DNA from: Escherichia phage SDYTW1-F1-2-2_3
Strand: one strand, 5' to 3'
Length of the DNA: 64,000 bases
Sequence record: OR296290.1
Shown here: positions 26,372 through 35,022 of the stretch, one piece after another
Position numbering within the stretch: position 1 is the first letter of the stretch
How the letters are laid out: the number at the start of each line of letters is the position of its first letter
Made by a program: the position numbers and the translations under genes
Notes under the pieces: model-generated
What the model saw: only the letters and a program-made list of their open reading frames with translations
The model's database searches: none
What the model was told of the DNA's origin: nothing

Positions 26372-26402
26372 AAAGAAAAGGCGCTACCCGTTAAGATAGC
26401 GC
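26372..26402 (-). terminator. intrinsic terminator after 26428-27336
   Basis: Minus-sense GCGCUA-loop-UAGCGC followed by CUUUUCUUUU. Confidence 0.5.
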
Positions 26403-26427
26403 CTTATGCTTATTTGAATTATCTTAC

Positions 26428-27336
26428 TTATGCTGCCTGACGTGCCGCCATAATCTCAGCTGCCTTGCGCAATACTTCTTCTTCTTCTGCTTTCGCAGCT
26501 TGTTCGGTACGGGTAGCAACCGTTGAAGAGATACGACCGCGCAGACTTTCTAACTTCTCCTGCATAGCTGCAACAACCTTTTCCATTTCATCAGCGTATG
26601 AATCAAGTGATTCTAATTCCTTGCTTGATGCGTTCATCAGATAATCGTCAGAGATCGCTACCGTTGAAGCCGTGACTTTCTTGATGAGTGAATCAAAGGA
26701 CTTTTTAACTTTCCCCACTTCTTCACTCAAGGCAATAGTATTATCACTGGTAGCGCCATTACGCTCATCAGCCAACAATTTGGCTTCGATACGGATTGCA
26801 TTCAAGCGTTCAACTAAAGCGTAAATATCTTGGTTAAAATCTTCCTTGTTTTTCGCCGGGATTTGCAGATGGGCAGCCACGTTGTCATTGCAACCTTTGT
26901 AAAAATTAGGGTTATCGACTTCAATTTCACGGCCTAAAGCAAAGTTTTCGAAAGCATTTGACCAGCGAGCGCGGTTTTGTTCCATTTTGGCCTTAATTTG
27001 CGCTTCTTTCGCATCTTCTTTCGCTTTCGCTTCACCTTCCAGATTAATCCACTTCTTACGACCATTCGCCGCATCAGTGTTAAACTTGATAGGAGTTAAG
27101 AAAGTGATTGCAGTGGCGATCACATCCATATCGCGGAAACGTTCGGTTAACAGGAAATCAACCGCCGACTGCAATACATCTAACTTCTTGCCGTTGCTAC
27201 GGAAGTGCTGCAAGTGCCCTAACAGAAAATTAGAAACATCTTGTTTGATCGCCGCGTTATTACTACGAATGTTGTTAGCCAGTGCGTTAAAACCAGATTC
27301 TTTTACCAGATTAAAAATTTTAGCCATGATATTCAC
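26428..27336 (-). CDS. hypothetical coiled-coil protein (302 aa); first gene of leftward block
   Basis: Long ORF adjacent to the central control region; terminator hairpin immediately downstream. Confidence 0.5.
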   Translation of the reverse strand: MNIMAKIFNLVKESGFNALANNIRSNNAAIKQDVSNFLLGHLQHFRSNGKKLDVLQSAVDFLLTERFRDMDVIATAITFLTPIKFNTDAANGRKKWINLEGEAKAKEDAKEAQIKAKMEQNRARWSNAFENFALGREIEVDNPNFYKGCNDNVAAHLQIPAKNKEDFNQDIYALVERLNAIRIEAKLLADERNGATSDNTIALSEEVGKVKKSFDSLIKKVTASTVAISDDYLMNASSKELESLDSYADEMEKVVAAMQEKLESLRGRISSTVATRTEQAAKAEEEEVLRKAAEIMAARQAA

Positions 27337-28148
27337 CTTTCAATTGTAAGGGCACTATGCCCCGCTCTCTATGAGCTTTTTAAGTCGCCATTGACTTATC
27401 GATAATCACTCATTGTTAAGTAATTATTGATAAGCGGGGCGGTCTTGTCAGGAGTTAACCTTGCCGCCCCCTTATCCGTGATGTTTCATCTGGTATCTTT
27501 AATTAGTCGCTATAAACGAAGCCGACCTGATAGCGATGATCAATCATCACAATAAGGCTATGCGTCCGACTCTATTTAATTACATTACTGTAACCGTCGG
27601 CAATATCGTTTACTTTGCTTTCGCTCCCGCCTATCCTTTTATATCAGCTCTCTTTCGCTAGTCATCGCCCACTATGGGATACTATTGCGAAAGAGTCACT
27701 AACCGCCTACTATTCCGGCGTTTTATATCTTTCAGCAGGTTTACTACATAAACCGGCTATGTACTTTCATCGTAAGACGAATCTCAAGCCGTTCACATCG
27801 TAAACGTTCGCACTAAACCTTATTGTTAAATAGCAATTTGCCATTCTTTAACCATCCCCCACCGCCCTCAATTGGGCGTTAATTCGTCGGACTCGTCTGC
27901 CCTGATAAACTTCTTCACTGTAGCACCTTGTTAGCGATGGCTGCCGCTACCCTTAACCGTGGGCGATTAGCTTAAGCCGTTGCGTGTACTCAATGTATCC
28001 GCTTATCAGTGGCGACTTTTCCAGTTAAGGGATTGTAAAGCTGTTTACCCTGATATTTTAGGGAGCCTTACACCGTTTTATCTGGTATGTTTTCCGATGG
28101 TTATTATCATCAAACATATGCAACCGATATATGGGAACGTTTAAATTA

Positions 28149-28906
28149 TTAAAGAGCGGTAAATCTGTCAGTGTGCTTTCTCACACTACGCAACTGTAAG
28201 CCGTTGTTTCGCTTTTCACTGAAGCGGTGATTTGCCTAGTGAGTACGCTCATTATGGACCATGATGTTTTCGCTGTCAACCGCTTTTTTAATCTTTTTCG
28301 TCGTTCCCGCTATTGGGAGGATATATCAACCAGCTTTATTTGATTGAAGATTAAGCGGTGAGGCTTAACTCATGATTCACATTGTTAAAGAGCGTTTAGC
28401 CTTTTATAGTGTCTGCTAATCACTGCATCATTAAAGGCTTACTTATTCATTAACGGGGCGCCTAAGCCCGAACTAATCGCCGCACTGTGTGCCACCTTTC
28501 CCGCGATACGTTGATTTGGGAACTAGTTAACGTTGTTTTGTTAACTTGTGGTTAGTATGAACTACCTTAACCACGTTTGCAACCTCTTTTTTATCATCTT
28601 CTTTTATTCTTTTCCCTTATCTCGCGTGAGTCTATGCGAAAGGGCAAGATGATAAGTTTTTAAAGAGCGGGATGCTTTAAGTCATCGCTGACTATGCTCA
28701 CTATATATCAGGCTATTTTCGGTGTCAATACTCTTTTTAAGAATATTTTCACTTTCTAGCCTGATTTTTAAAGAGCGGGGCAATTTCTTGCCTTGTATGT
28801 TTTTCATCGTACCCGATGAATTGAAGTATACGCCAACCAGTGAGTAATGCAATAGGGTAGGGCAAATTATTTTAAACTTTTTCACTATAGGAAGATAAAA
28901 GAGCGG
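28149..28906 (+). repeat. array of five direct repeats with core TTAAAGAGCGG
   Basis: Copies at 28149, 28385, 28660, 28768, 28896; copies 3 and 4 share the 15-mer TTTTTAAAGAGCGGG. Confidence 0.6.
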
Positions 28907-29112
28907 GCGCACGTGATACATCAAAGGAAACGGCTTGTAAAGCGATATTTAGCGGCCTAAAACGCACTGTAGCGAGCTAAAAGGGAGTAAGGTATACAAT
29001 CACCTTAGAAAAGAAAAAAGCCTCATAGTGAGGCTTATAGGAAGGATTTAAAGCATCAGATAGATTATGACCATAGGCATGACCACGGCACAATAAAGGA
29101 GAAAGATTAAGC

Positions 29113-29487
29113 CTATGGATTTATACACTGACCGTTACCGGATTCCATTTCATTCATAGACTCATCAAAGAGCGTCAACGATGAGCGCATCAAGTGATCA
29201 ACCGTAATTTGTTTGCCAGTGGTTTCATTTACCAGTTGAATAGTTTTATCATATGATTGTACATGTTCGAAATCATTTACATGTAAAATAATAACCTTCG
29301 GTGACTTTTTACCAGTATCATAGTTTTCTACAATATAGGTGCACTGTAAACCGTCAACCGTAGCAGGGGAAAACGTTGCAGCCTTAACGCTACCCATAGC
29401 CGACAGCAGGACACCTAACAGGAGAACAACCAGAAAGAAGCCTACAAATACTTTCACTACGAATTTAATAATACCCATGATAATCAA
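29113..29487 (-). CDS. membrane/secreted protein (124 aa)
   Basis: N-terminal hydrophobic segment FVVKVFVGFFLVVLLLGVLLSAMG. Confidence 0.45.
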   Translation of the reverse strand: MIIMGIIKFVVKVFVGFFLVVLLLGVLLSAMGSVKAATFSPATVDGLQCTYIVENYDTGKKSPKVIILHVNDFEHVQSYDKTIQLVNETTGKQITVDHLMRSSLTLFDESMNEMESGNGQCINP

Positions 29488-29580
29488 CCTTTAGTTAGAG
29501 AACGTAAGAATAAAGCATATCAGCGACGAATAACGCCACTGTAACAACGAATAAGCACCGCCAAAAACAATCATGAATCA

Positions 29581-29847
29581 TTAGTTGCCTTTACCTTTAA
29601 ATAACGCTACTCTAAGCAGTTCGATCTCTTCCAGTGAAAGAAGAATCCGACGTTGCGCCAAATACTGACCAGCTAGAAGTGAATCCATGATGAGAGCAAC
29701 AGCGGGAAAACTCACCGTTTTAATATTATCGCCGACAATAAACAAGATTAAACACTTGTCAGAGTCATCCGTATATGAGAAATCGATCTCACCGTAATTG
29801 TGGGTTGGGATAGTAAAGCTGTATTCTTTATTCATTTTTGTCACCAC
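29581..29847 (-). CDS. hypothetical protein (88 aa)
   Basis: Track ORF in central island. Confidence 0.4.
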   Translation of the reverse strand: MVTKMNKEYSFTIPTHNYGEIDFSYTDDSDKCLILFIVGDNIKTVSFPAVALIMDSLLAGQYLAQRRILLSLEEIELLRVALFKGKGN

Positions 29848-30092
29848 TTAGGCAAATCACAATCAAGAAGACCAGCAAGCGACAAATCACCGTCAATGTA
29901 GATCGACTTGAAATCATCACGGGTAATTTCAAAATTAGCAAAGGCTAACCAATCCTTAAGAGGCTGAAATTCCATCCTGCAAAAAGTGATAACAGGCAAG
30001 ATTATCTGACCGTCAAGTGTATTAAACATGATAGAGCTTCCACCAACAAAACAAGAAAAACCGTTAGATAATTTAACTTCTTTAATAGCCAT
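29841..30092 (-). CDS. hypothetical protein (83 aa)
   Basis: Track ORF in central island. Confidence 0.4.
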   Translation of the reverse strand: MAIKEVKLSNGFSCFVGGSSIMFNTLDGQIILPVITFCRMEFQPLKDWLAFANFEITRDDFKSIYIDGDLSLAGLLDCDLPKW

Positions 30093-30118
30093 TTTTTACA
30101 CTCCCAAAAATAGATTAT

Positions 30119-30610
30119 TTACTTACTGGCCTTGATGCAGTTGGCTAGATTAACGTGAACTGTATAAACAGCATTATCAGTGTTATTGTAAACCGTGGTG
30201 GCAAGTATTGATTCATTCATCGGGCCATAACTGACCAGATTCGTGACAGCTTTCGCATGGCTGTAACGTTGTACAGTGCCATACGTCACCATATCCGCAT
30301 CATTATCAGTGCGCTTAAGTACCAGATCATTGTTAGGCTGATTGTCCAGTGTTTTGGTACTAACGACCAGACCATTACGAGAAACGTTACTAAATTTAAC
30401 TTTTAAAACTACTTGATTAGTGTCACTATCCGCACCATTGCAAATCATCCAACCCTTACTAACAGAATTAGCGAAGACACTAGCGGCATCAGTTGCAGGG
30501 GCAGGACTAGCAACAGCCTTATCAGAAAGAGATGTGACCAGTGCACTAACACCGATAGCTGCAACCAGTGCATAGCTTGCCAGATTTACTACCTGCATTA
30601 CCTTAGCCAT
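30119..30610 (-). CDS. secreted protein with signal peptide (163 aa)
   Basis: MAKVMQVVNLASYALVAAIGVSALVTSLS signal-like N-terminus. Confidence 0.5.
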   Translation of the reverse strand: MAKVMQVVNLASYALVAAIGVSALVTSLSDKAVASPAPATDAASVFANSVSKGWMICNGADSDTNQVVLKVKFSNVSRNGLVVSTKTLDNQPNNDLVLKRTDNDADMVTYGTVQRYSHAKAVTNLVSYGPMNESILATTVYNNTDNAVYTVHVNLANCIKASK

Positions 30611-30913
30611 TTGTTAACCCTCGTTAATATGTATTTAGTTTTTATGTTTCACAAGATAGCACATATTTCTACTTCATACGTAGGGTCATTGCTCAGTTGA
30701 CCACTTCACTGACTCGATAGTGTCCCAGCTTTCACCAGTCAATCGCAGAGTCCTTATCTTTAAACATTCTCCACTACTTAGGACGATTATCCTTCATGGA
30801 GCTTACTACCATCTAGCTACTTTGCATCACTGCTTCGCTTCGATGAATACAATTTACTACTTCTTAATAAAGAAAGCAAGTCCTACGGGTAAAATATTTC
30901 TACTATCTCTATA

Positions 30914-31327
30914 GGACGGGGAACATACAACCGCAGAACAGACCACGGGGAAACATAGCAAGATAGTGCGGTAATAATATACCACTTAAATAATTGTATA
31001 ACTCAAACATCAAAGACCATTCGCTACGCTCATGCACGCTGAAAAAGAAAGTAATAAAAGAAATAATAACATACATCAATCATTATCCACTTAATTAATA
31101 CATACATCATTATTGCACTCATAATCATCACTATTGAAACTATTTACATTCAAACTATGGGGAACGTGGGCTATTACTTATGGGTATTATATCGCCTTAA
31201 ACTATTGGTACAGTGAGGGACTAGCCTTTCTCTCACTCAGTAAAGGGGAACTAAATAAACGGGTAGGTAATGAATAGGATGGTATACACGGGGAAAGAAT
31301 AACGGGGAGTAGGCACGGGGAAAGGTT
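30914..31327 (+). repeat. cluster of six ACGGGGAA-core direct repeats
   Basis: Copies at 30914, 30943, 31158 (TGGGGAAC variant), 31289, 31302, 31315; CACGGGGAAAG exact at 31288 and 31314. Confidence 0.55.
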
Positions 31328-31517
31328 GGAACGTTGATAGGGATGTAAAGGCATTGCCAATAACCATTTTTTATTTGAGGACTCCCCCTTTTTAACAATT
31401 CGCCGCGGGGTGCCTAGCCCCACTCGGTCAAATCAGAATTTTAAACAGATATATACATCTTTATTTTTTATAAATCTGTATTTTAAACTCTTATATATAA
31501 GGTTAAGAGAGAACTTA

Positions 31518-31679
31518 ATGAATCTAATTAAAGTATTTAGACGGATGAAGTGTAAGCACAATTACTATCTTCTTCGTAAAGCTTACGGGGATGAAAGAAT
31601 ACATGGTCTCTACCTATCAACATGGAAGTGTAAGGAATGTGGTAAGTTGAGATTCAGTACATGGGTGGATAGGCCTTAA
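31518..31679 (+). CDS. small zinc-ribbon-like protein (53 aa)
   Basis: Track ORF trimmed to ATG 31518 (AGAGAGAA SD); CKHN...CKECG. Confidence 0.4.
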   Translation: MNLIKVFRRMKCKHNYYLLRKAYGDERIHGLYLSTWKCKECGKLRFSTWVDRP

Positions 31680-31687
31680 CGTGACAT

Positions 31688-31772
31688 GGCCTTTATGACA
31701 TGAGGGTGCCTTTATGAAGTCCCCTTTACATCAGAGATTATGGGTAGGCCTTTAGATGATAGTGCCTTTATG
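31688..31772 (+). repeat. three GTGCCTTTATG-type direct repeats
   Basis: Copies at 31688-31697, 31707-31716, 31763-31772, plus variant GGCCTTTAGATG at 31748. Confidence 0.45.
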
Positions 31773-31807
31773 GGTAAAACCCCTCCCTTTTCAGAGGAGA
31801 TATAAAA

Positions 31808-32080
31808 ATGATTCTAGACTTTTTATCAGAGTTGATTCCTTACTTCCGCACTGAAAAATGTGCATTTAAAGTTGAAGAAGTTGGGGGCACTGAAGTAATA
31901 ACTTGTTTGGGTAGATTAGTAGACCTAGACGATGATGAAGATTTTGATGTTACAATAGACCTGAGTTCATTGGGCTGGTTGTACATGAGATGCTTTGTAA
32001 CCTACAAGGCTGAGACTTATAAAGACTATCGTTATAGTGATAACACTGACACTGACACTGAAGGAGAGAATGATGAATAA
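31808..32080 (+). CDS. hypothetical acidic protein (90 aa)
   Basis: Track ORF; C-terminal DTDTDTEGENDE. Confidence 0.45.
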   Translation: MILDFLSELIPYFRTEKCAFKVEEVGGTEVITCLGRLVDLDDDEDFDVTIDLSSLGWLYMRCFVTYKAETYKDYRYSDNTDTDTEGENDE

Positions 32081-32729
32081 CAATATGACAGGAACTAATA
32101 CACTGAATGCAATCTATGAGAACATGGGATGTAAAGGCGAGGTTGTTTTCAATGGTGGTCCTCTCCGTCCTTTATCAGAGGACATTCTCTATCTGAACCG
32201 TGTTCATGAAACTACTGGAGGTAAGTCCCAAGTTGAGATGGTAAAACAACTGGCTCATGGTTCTGTGTATGGTTATGCTCCTCCAACCCGTGAAATATGG
32301 GAAGGTTTGATTCCTCGTACAGAAGCTAAAGATGTGAAAGACTATTTCACTGTAGCAAAGGAAGTTAAACGTAAGTGTCCTTCCAATCTAGAAGTTGTTC
32401 CGTATGTATCTACTAAACATGATCATCTCCCTGACTATGCTCGTGCAATGATTGAGATGATTGAAGAAGCTGAATATGAAATGCTCCATGATTACATTAC
32501 CTCCAAAGACGAATGGCATCGTGATGTTCGAATCGAAGAGGATGGTACGGAAACAATTACGTGGATTCACAAGAGTGAGTTAGTAGACGACGCACTGCGA
32601 GACTACGAAAAATTTTTGGTCGACGGCTCTATTCTTTTAGAGGAAGAGAAGGGTGTAGAACTTCCGTGGGAGGGTGAGATAGTTACTTTAGGTAAGATGT
32701 TTAACCTGTCCGTTGGTGATTGTAAGTAA
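32070..32729 (+). CDS. hypothetical protein (219 aa)
   Basis: Start moved to ATG 32070 after AAGGAGAG SD; terminator follows. Confidence 0.5.
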   Translation: MMNNNMTGTNTLNAIYENMGCKGEVVFNGGPLRPLSEDILYLNRVHETTGGKSQVEMVKQLAHGSVYGYAPPTREIWEGLIPRTEAKDVKDYFTVAKEVKRKCPSNLEVVPYVSTKHDHLPDYARAMIEMIEEAEYEMLHDYITSKDEWHRDVRIEEDGTETITWIHKSELVDDALRDYEKFLVDGSILLEEEKGVELPWEGEIVTLGKMFNLSVGDCK

Positions 32730-32734
32730 TGTTT

Positions 32735-32757
32735 GCCTCCCTTGGGAGGCTTTTTGT
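32735..32757 (+). terminator. intrinsic terminator
   Basis: GCCTCCCttGGGAGGC then TTTTTGT. Confidence 0.65.
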
Positions 32758-32785
32758 GTTGTTGATAATGTAGAAGGAGTATAAA

Positions 32786-33259
32786 ATGTTTGGAGAAAAC
32801 GGAGAACTCACACCTGCACAGGTAGCTGAGATTACAGGAAGATTACCCGGAGTAACGGAAGAACTTGAAGGCCGTGGTATGAACCCAAGCAATGGGAAGT
32901 TTCAAAAGGGAAATAAATTCGGACGACCCAGAGGTAGTAGAGGTAAACTGACACAATTAATGTTGGACCGTGTTGCTGCAAGTCATTTGTCTCCTGATGA
33001 AGTGTTAATTCAAATTTACGAAGATCCTAATATTCCACCTGATCTTAGATTCAAGGCTGCATCAAAAGTTGCAGATCTGGTATATCCTAAGGCGGCCTCT
33101 GTTGAAGTTAAGATTGAGGAAGAGAATGTAATTAACGAAGAATCATTGAATGCACAAATCAAGGACTTCTTGACTGGAGCACTTGGTATCGATGTTATGC
33201 CTCCAGAAGAAGACAACTCTGAGGACGCTGAAAAGGGGGAGGAAGCGGACGAGAGTTAA
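32786..33259 (+). CDS. putative terminase small subunit
   Basis: Immediately upstream of TerL; basic GNKFGRPRGSRG motif; acidic C-terminus. Confidence 0.45.
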   Translation: MFGENGELTPAQVAEITGRLPGVTEELEGRGMNPSNGKFQKGNKFGRPRGSRGKLTQLMLDRVAASHLSPDEVLIQIYEDPNIPPDLRFKAASKVADLVYPKAASVEVKIEEENVINEESLNAQIKDFLTGALGIDVMPPEEDNSEDAEKGEEADES

Positions 33260-33420
33260 TTAAAGGAAACAGGGAGCTGTCGAAGATCATCTGATTAACA
33301 ATCTAAGGGTTGTTATAGTTTTATTGCCACGATGTTCTTTTACAGTGTACCCTTGTAGTGGAGAGGGGAGGTTCTTTGACGAAGGGACTTTCCCTTTTCT
33401 ATTTTTAAACTGGAGGAAGT

Positions 33421-34962
33421 ATGTCATTAGATAAACAAATTTATGAAGCTCTAACTGGTAACAATCTTAGTGTAGAGGAAAAGAAAGCACTATTGAATAT
33501 GTTGAAAGAGCGTGACCAATGGAGGAAGTATAATAGGATTTTGTCTTTCAAGGCGTATGACTTCCAAAAGAAATTTTATGCAGCAGGATTGAAGCATCGC
33601 TTTAGATTCTTGTGTGCAGCGAACCGTGTTGGTAAATCTTATAGCGAGGCATACGAGTTTGCTTGTCATGTCACAGGTCGCTACCCAACTTGGTGGACAG
33701 GATATAAATTTAAAAGACCTATCTTAGCATGGGCAGTTGGTATTACAGGGGATTCCACAAGGAAAGTATTGCAAAAGGAATTGTTTGGTACACCTATCGG
33801 AAAGGATACAAACTTATTAGGGACAGGTGTCATTCCTCGTGATGCTATCGTCATTGATACGATAGAACGAGATGGTAACAAACTTCAAATCGTACAAATC
33901 AAACATCAAAATGAGAGAGGAGAGTTTGACGGTTTAAGTACATTAGAATTCCGTTCAACCCAACAGGGTGAACACACATTGATGGGTGCAACAGTTGACT
34001 ACATTTGGTTAGACGAAGAAGACCCATACGAGTCTATGGCTATATTCGCACAGTGCGTCACACGTACACTCACAACTAAAGGTCTAGTTACAATTACAGC
34101 TACACCAGAGAACGGTTTAACTGAACTGGTAGATAAATTTATGAAAGGTGAAGGGGATGAGAACACAGGTTCTCTATATTTCCAGAATGCTTCTTGGTGG
34201 GATGCTCATGCAGACCTAGGTGGACACATCACTGACCAAGATATAAAAGATATGACTGAAGGTATTCCAGCGTGGCAGTTAGAGATGCGTTCAAAAGGTA
34301 TGCCATTGTTAGGAAGTGGTTTGATTTATGATGTATCGGATGACACAATTAAATGTGAACCATTCGAAATTCCTGATACGTGGAAACGTGTCTGTGCAAT
34401 TGATATTGGTATTGATCACCCAACTGCTGCTGTTTGGACAGCTTACGACGCAAACACGGATACTATCTATGTTTACGACTCATATAAAGAAGGTGGCTTT
34501 ACTCCAGTGTATCATGCTCCAGCTATTAATGGTCGTGGTCAGTGGATTCCTGTCATCCTACCGCATGATGCGGACAATACTGAGAAAGGTAGTGGCTCAT
34601 CTGTTGCTCAATTCTATAAGAATGCAGGAGTTAACGTACAGAGTGAGACCTTCTACAACAAAATTGGAATGGATGGTAAAAAGAACTTCTTTGTAGAACC
34701 GGGAATCACAGATATCCGAGAAAGAATGATGAGTGGACGCTTTAAAGTCTTTAACACAGCCGCTAACGCTAAGCTATTCGAAGAGAAAGCTAGATATCAC
34801 CGTAAGGTTGGTAAGATTATTAAAGAACATGATGACTTAATGGATGCAATGCGCTATTCAGCTTGCTCTGTTACACATCGTGGTCGCTCTAAGCATGATG
34901 TTAGCTACGGAAGCGCTTCTTTGTATGAGGCAAACGTAAGCAGATGGAATCAGAGCTACTAA
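33421..34962 (+). CDS. terminase large subunit
   Basis: Walker A-like CAANRVGKS, Walker B IWLDEED, C-terminal nuclease-like region; followed by terminator. Confidence 0.85.
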   Translation: MSLDKQIYEALTGNNLSVEEKKALLNMLKERDQWRKYNRILSFKAYDFQKKFYAAGLKHRFRFLCAANRVGKSYSEAYEFACHVTGRYPTWWTGYKFKRPILAWAVGITGDSTRKVLQKELFGTPIGKDTNLLGTGVIPRDAIVIDTIERDGNKLQIVQIKHQNERGEFDGLSTLEFRSTQQGEHTLMGATVDYIWLDEEDPYESMAIFAQCVTRTLTTKGLVTITATPENGLTELVDKFMKGEGDENTGSLYFQNASWWDAHADLGGHITDQDIKDMTEGIPAWQLEMRSKGMPLLGSGLIYDVSDDTIKCEPFEIPDTWKRVCAIDIGIDHPTAAVWTAYDANTDTIYVYDSYKEGGFTPVYHAPAINGRGQWIPVILPHDADNTEKGSGSSVAQFYKNAGVNVQSETFYNKIGMDGKKNFFVEPGITDIRERMMSGRFKVFNTAANAKLFEEKARYHRKVGKIIKEHDDLMDAMRYSACSVTHRGRSKHDVSYGSASLYEANVSRWNQSY

Positions 34963-34966
34963 AGTA

Positions 34967-34995
34967 AGGGGAGGTTTGTCCTCCCTTCTTTTATT
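34967..34995 (+). terminator. intrinsic terminator after terminase gene
   Basis: GGGGAGGtttgtCCTCCC then TTCTTTTATTT. Confidence 0.6.
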
Positions 34996-35022
34996 TAAGC
35001 TATCAACCGAGGGAGAGAATAG

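Noticed and set aside
1129-27349. Plus-strand track ORFs inside the leftward gene block (e.g. 1129-1347, 1470-1736, 2184-2381, 5326-5628, 9486-9890, 14342-14524, 26987-27349).
   Set aside because: Each lies antisense within a longer, motif-supported minus-strand gene; none has a convincing SD or recognisable motif.
28881-28893. CACTATAGGAAGA, resembling the 3' half of a T7-type promoter (also CTCACTATA at about 28697).
   Set aside because: Only the core matches, no single-subunit RNA polymerase gene is in the window, and the hits are not positioned before genes.
28149-28906. Possibility that the direct-repeat array is a CRISPR array.
   Set aside because: Repeats are only about 11-15 nt with irregular 108-275 nt spacing; no cas genes.
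27615-28924. Track ORFs 27615-27803 (+) and 28682-28924 (-) in the central region.
   Set aside because: Low-complexity translations without SD, lying across the repeat array; treated as non-coding.
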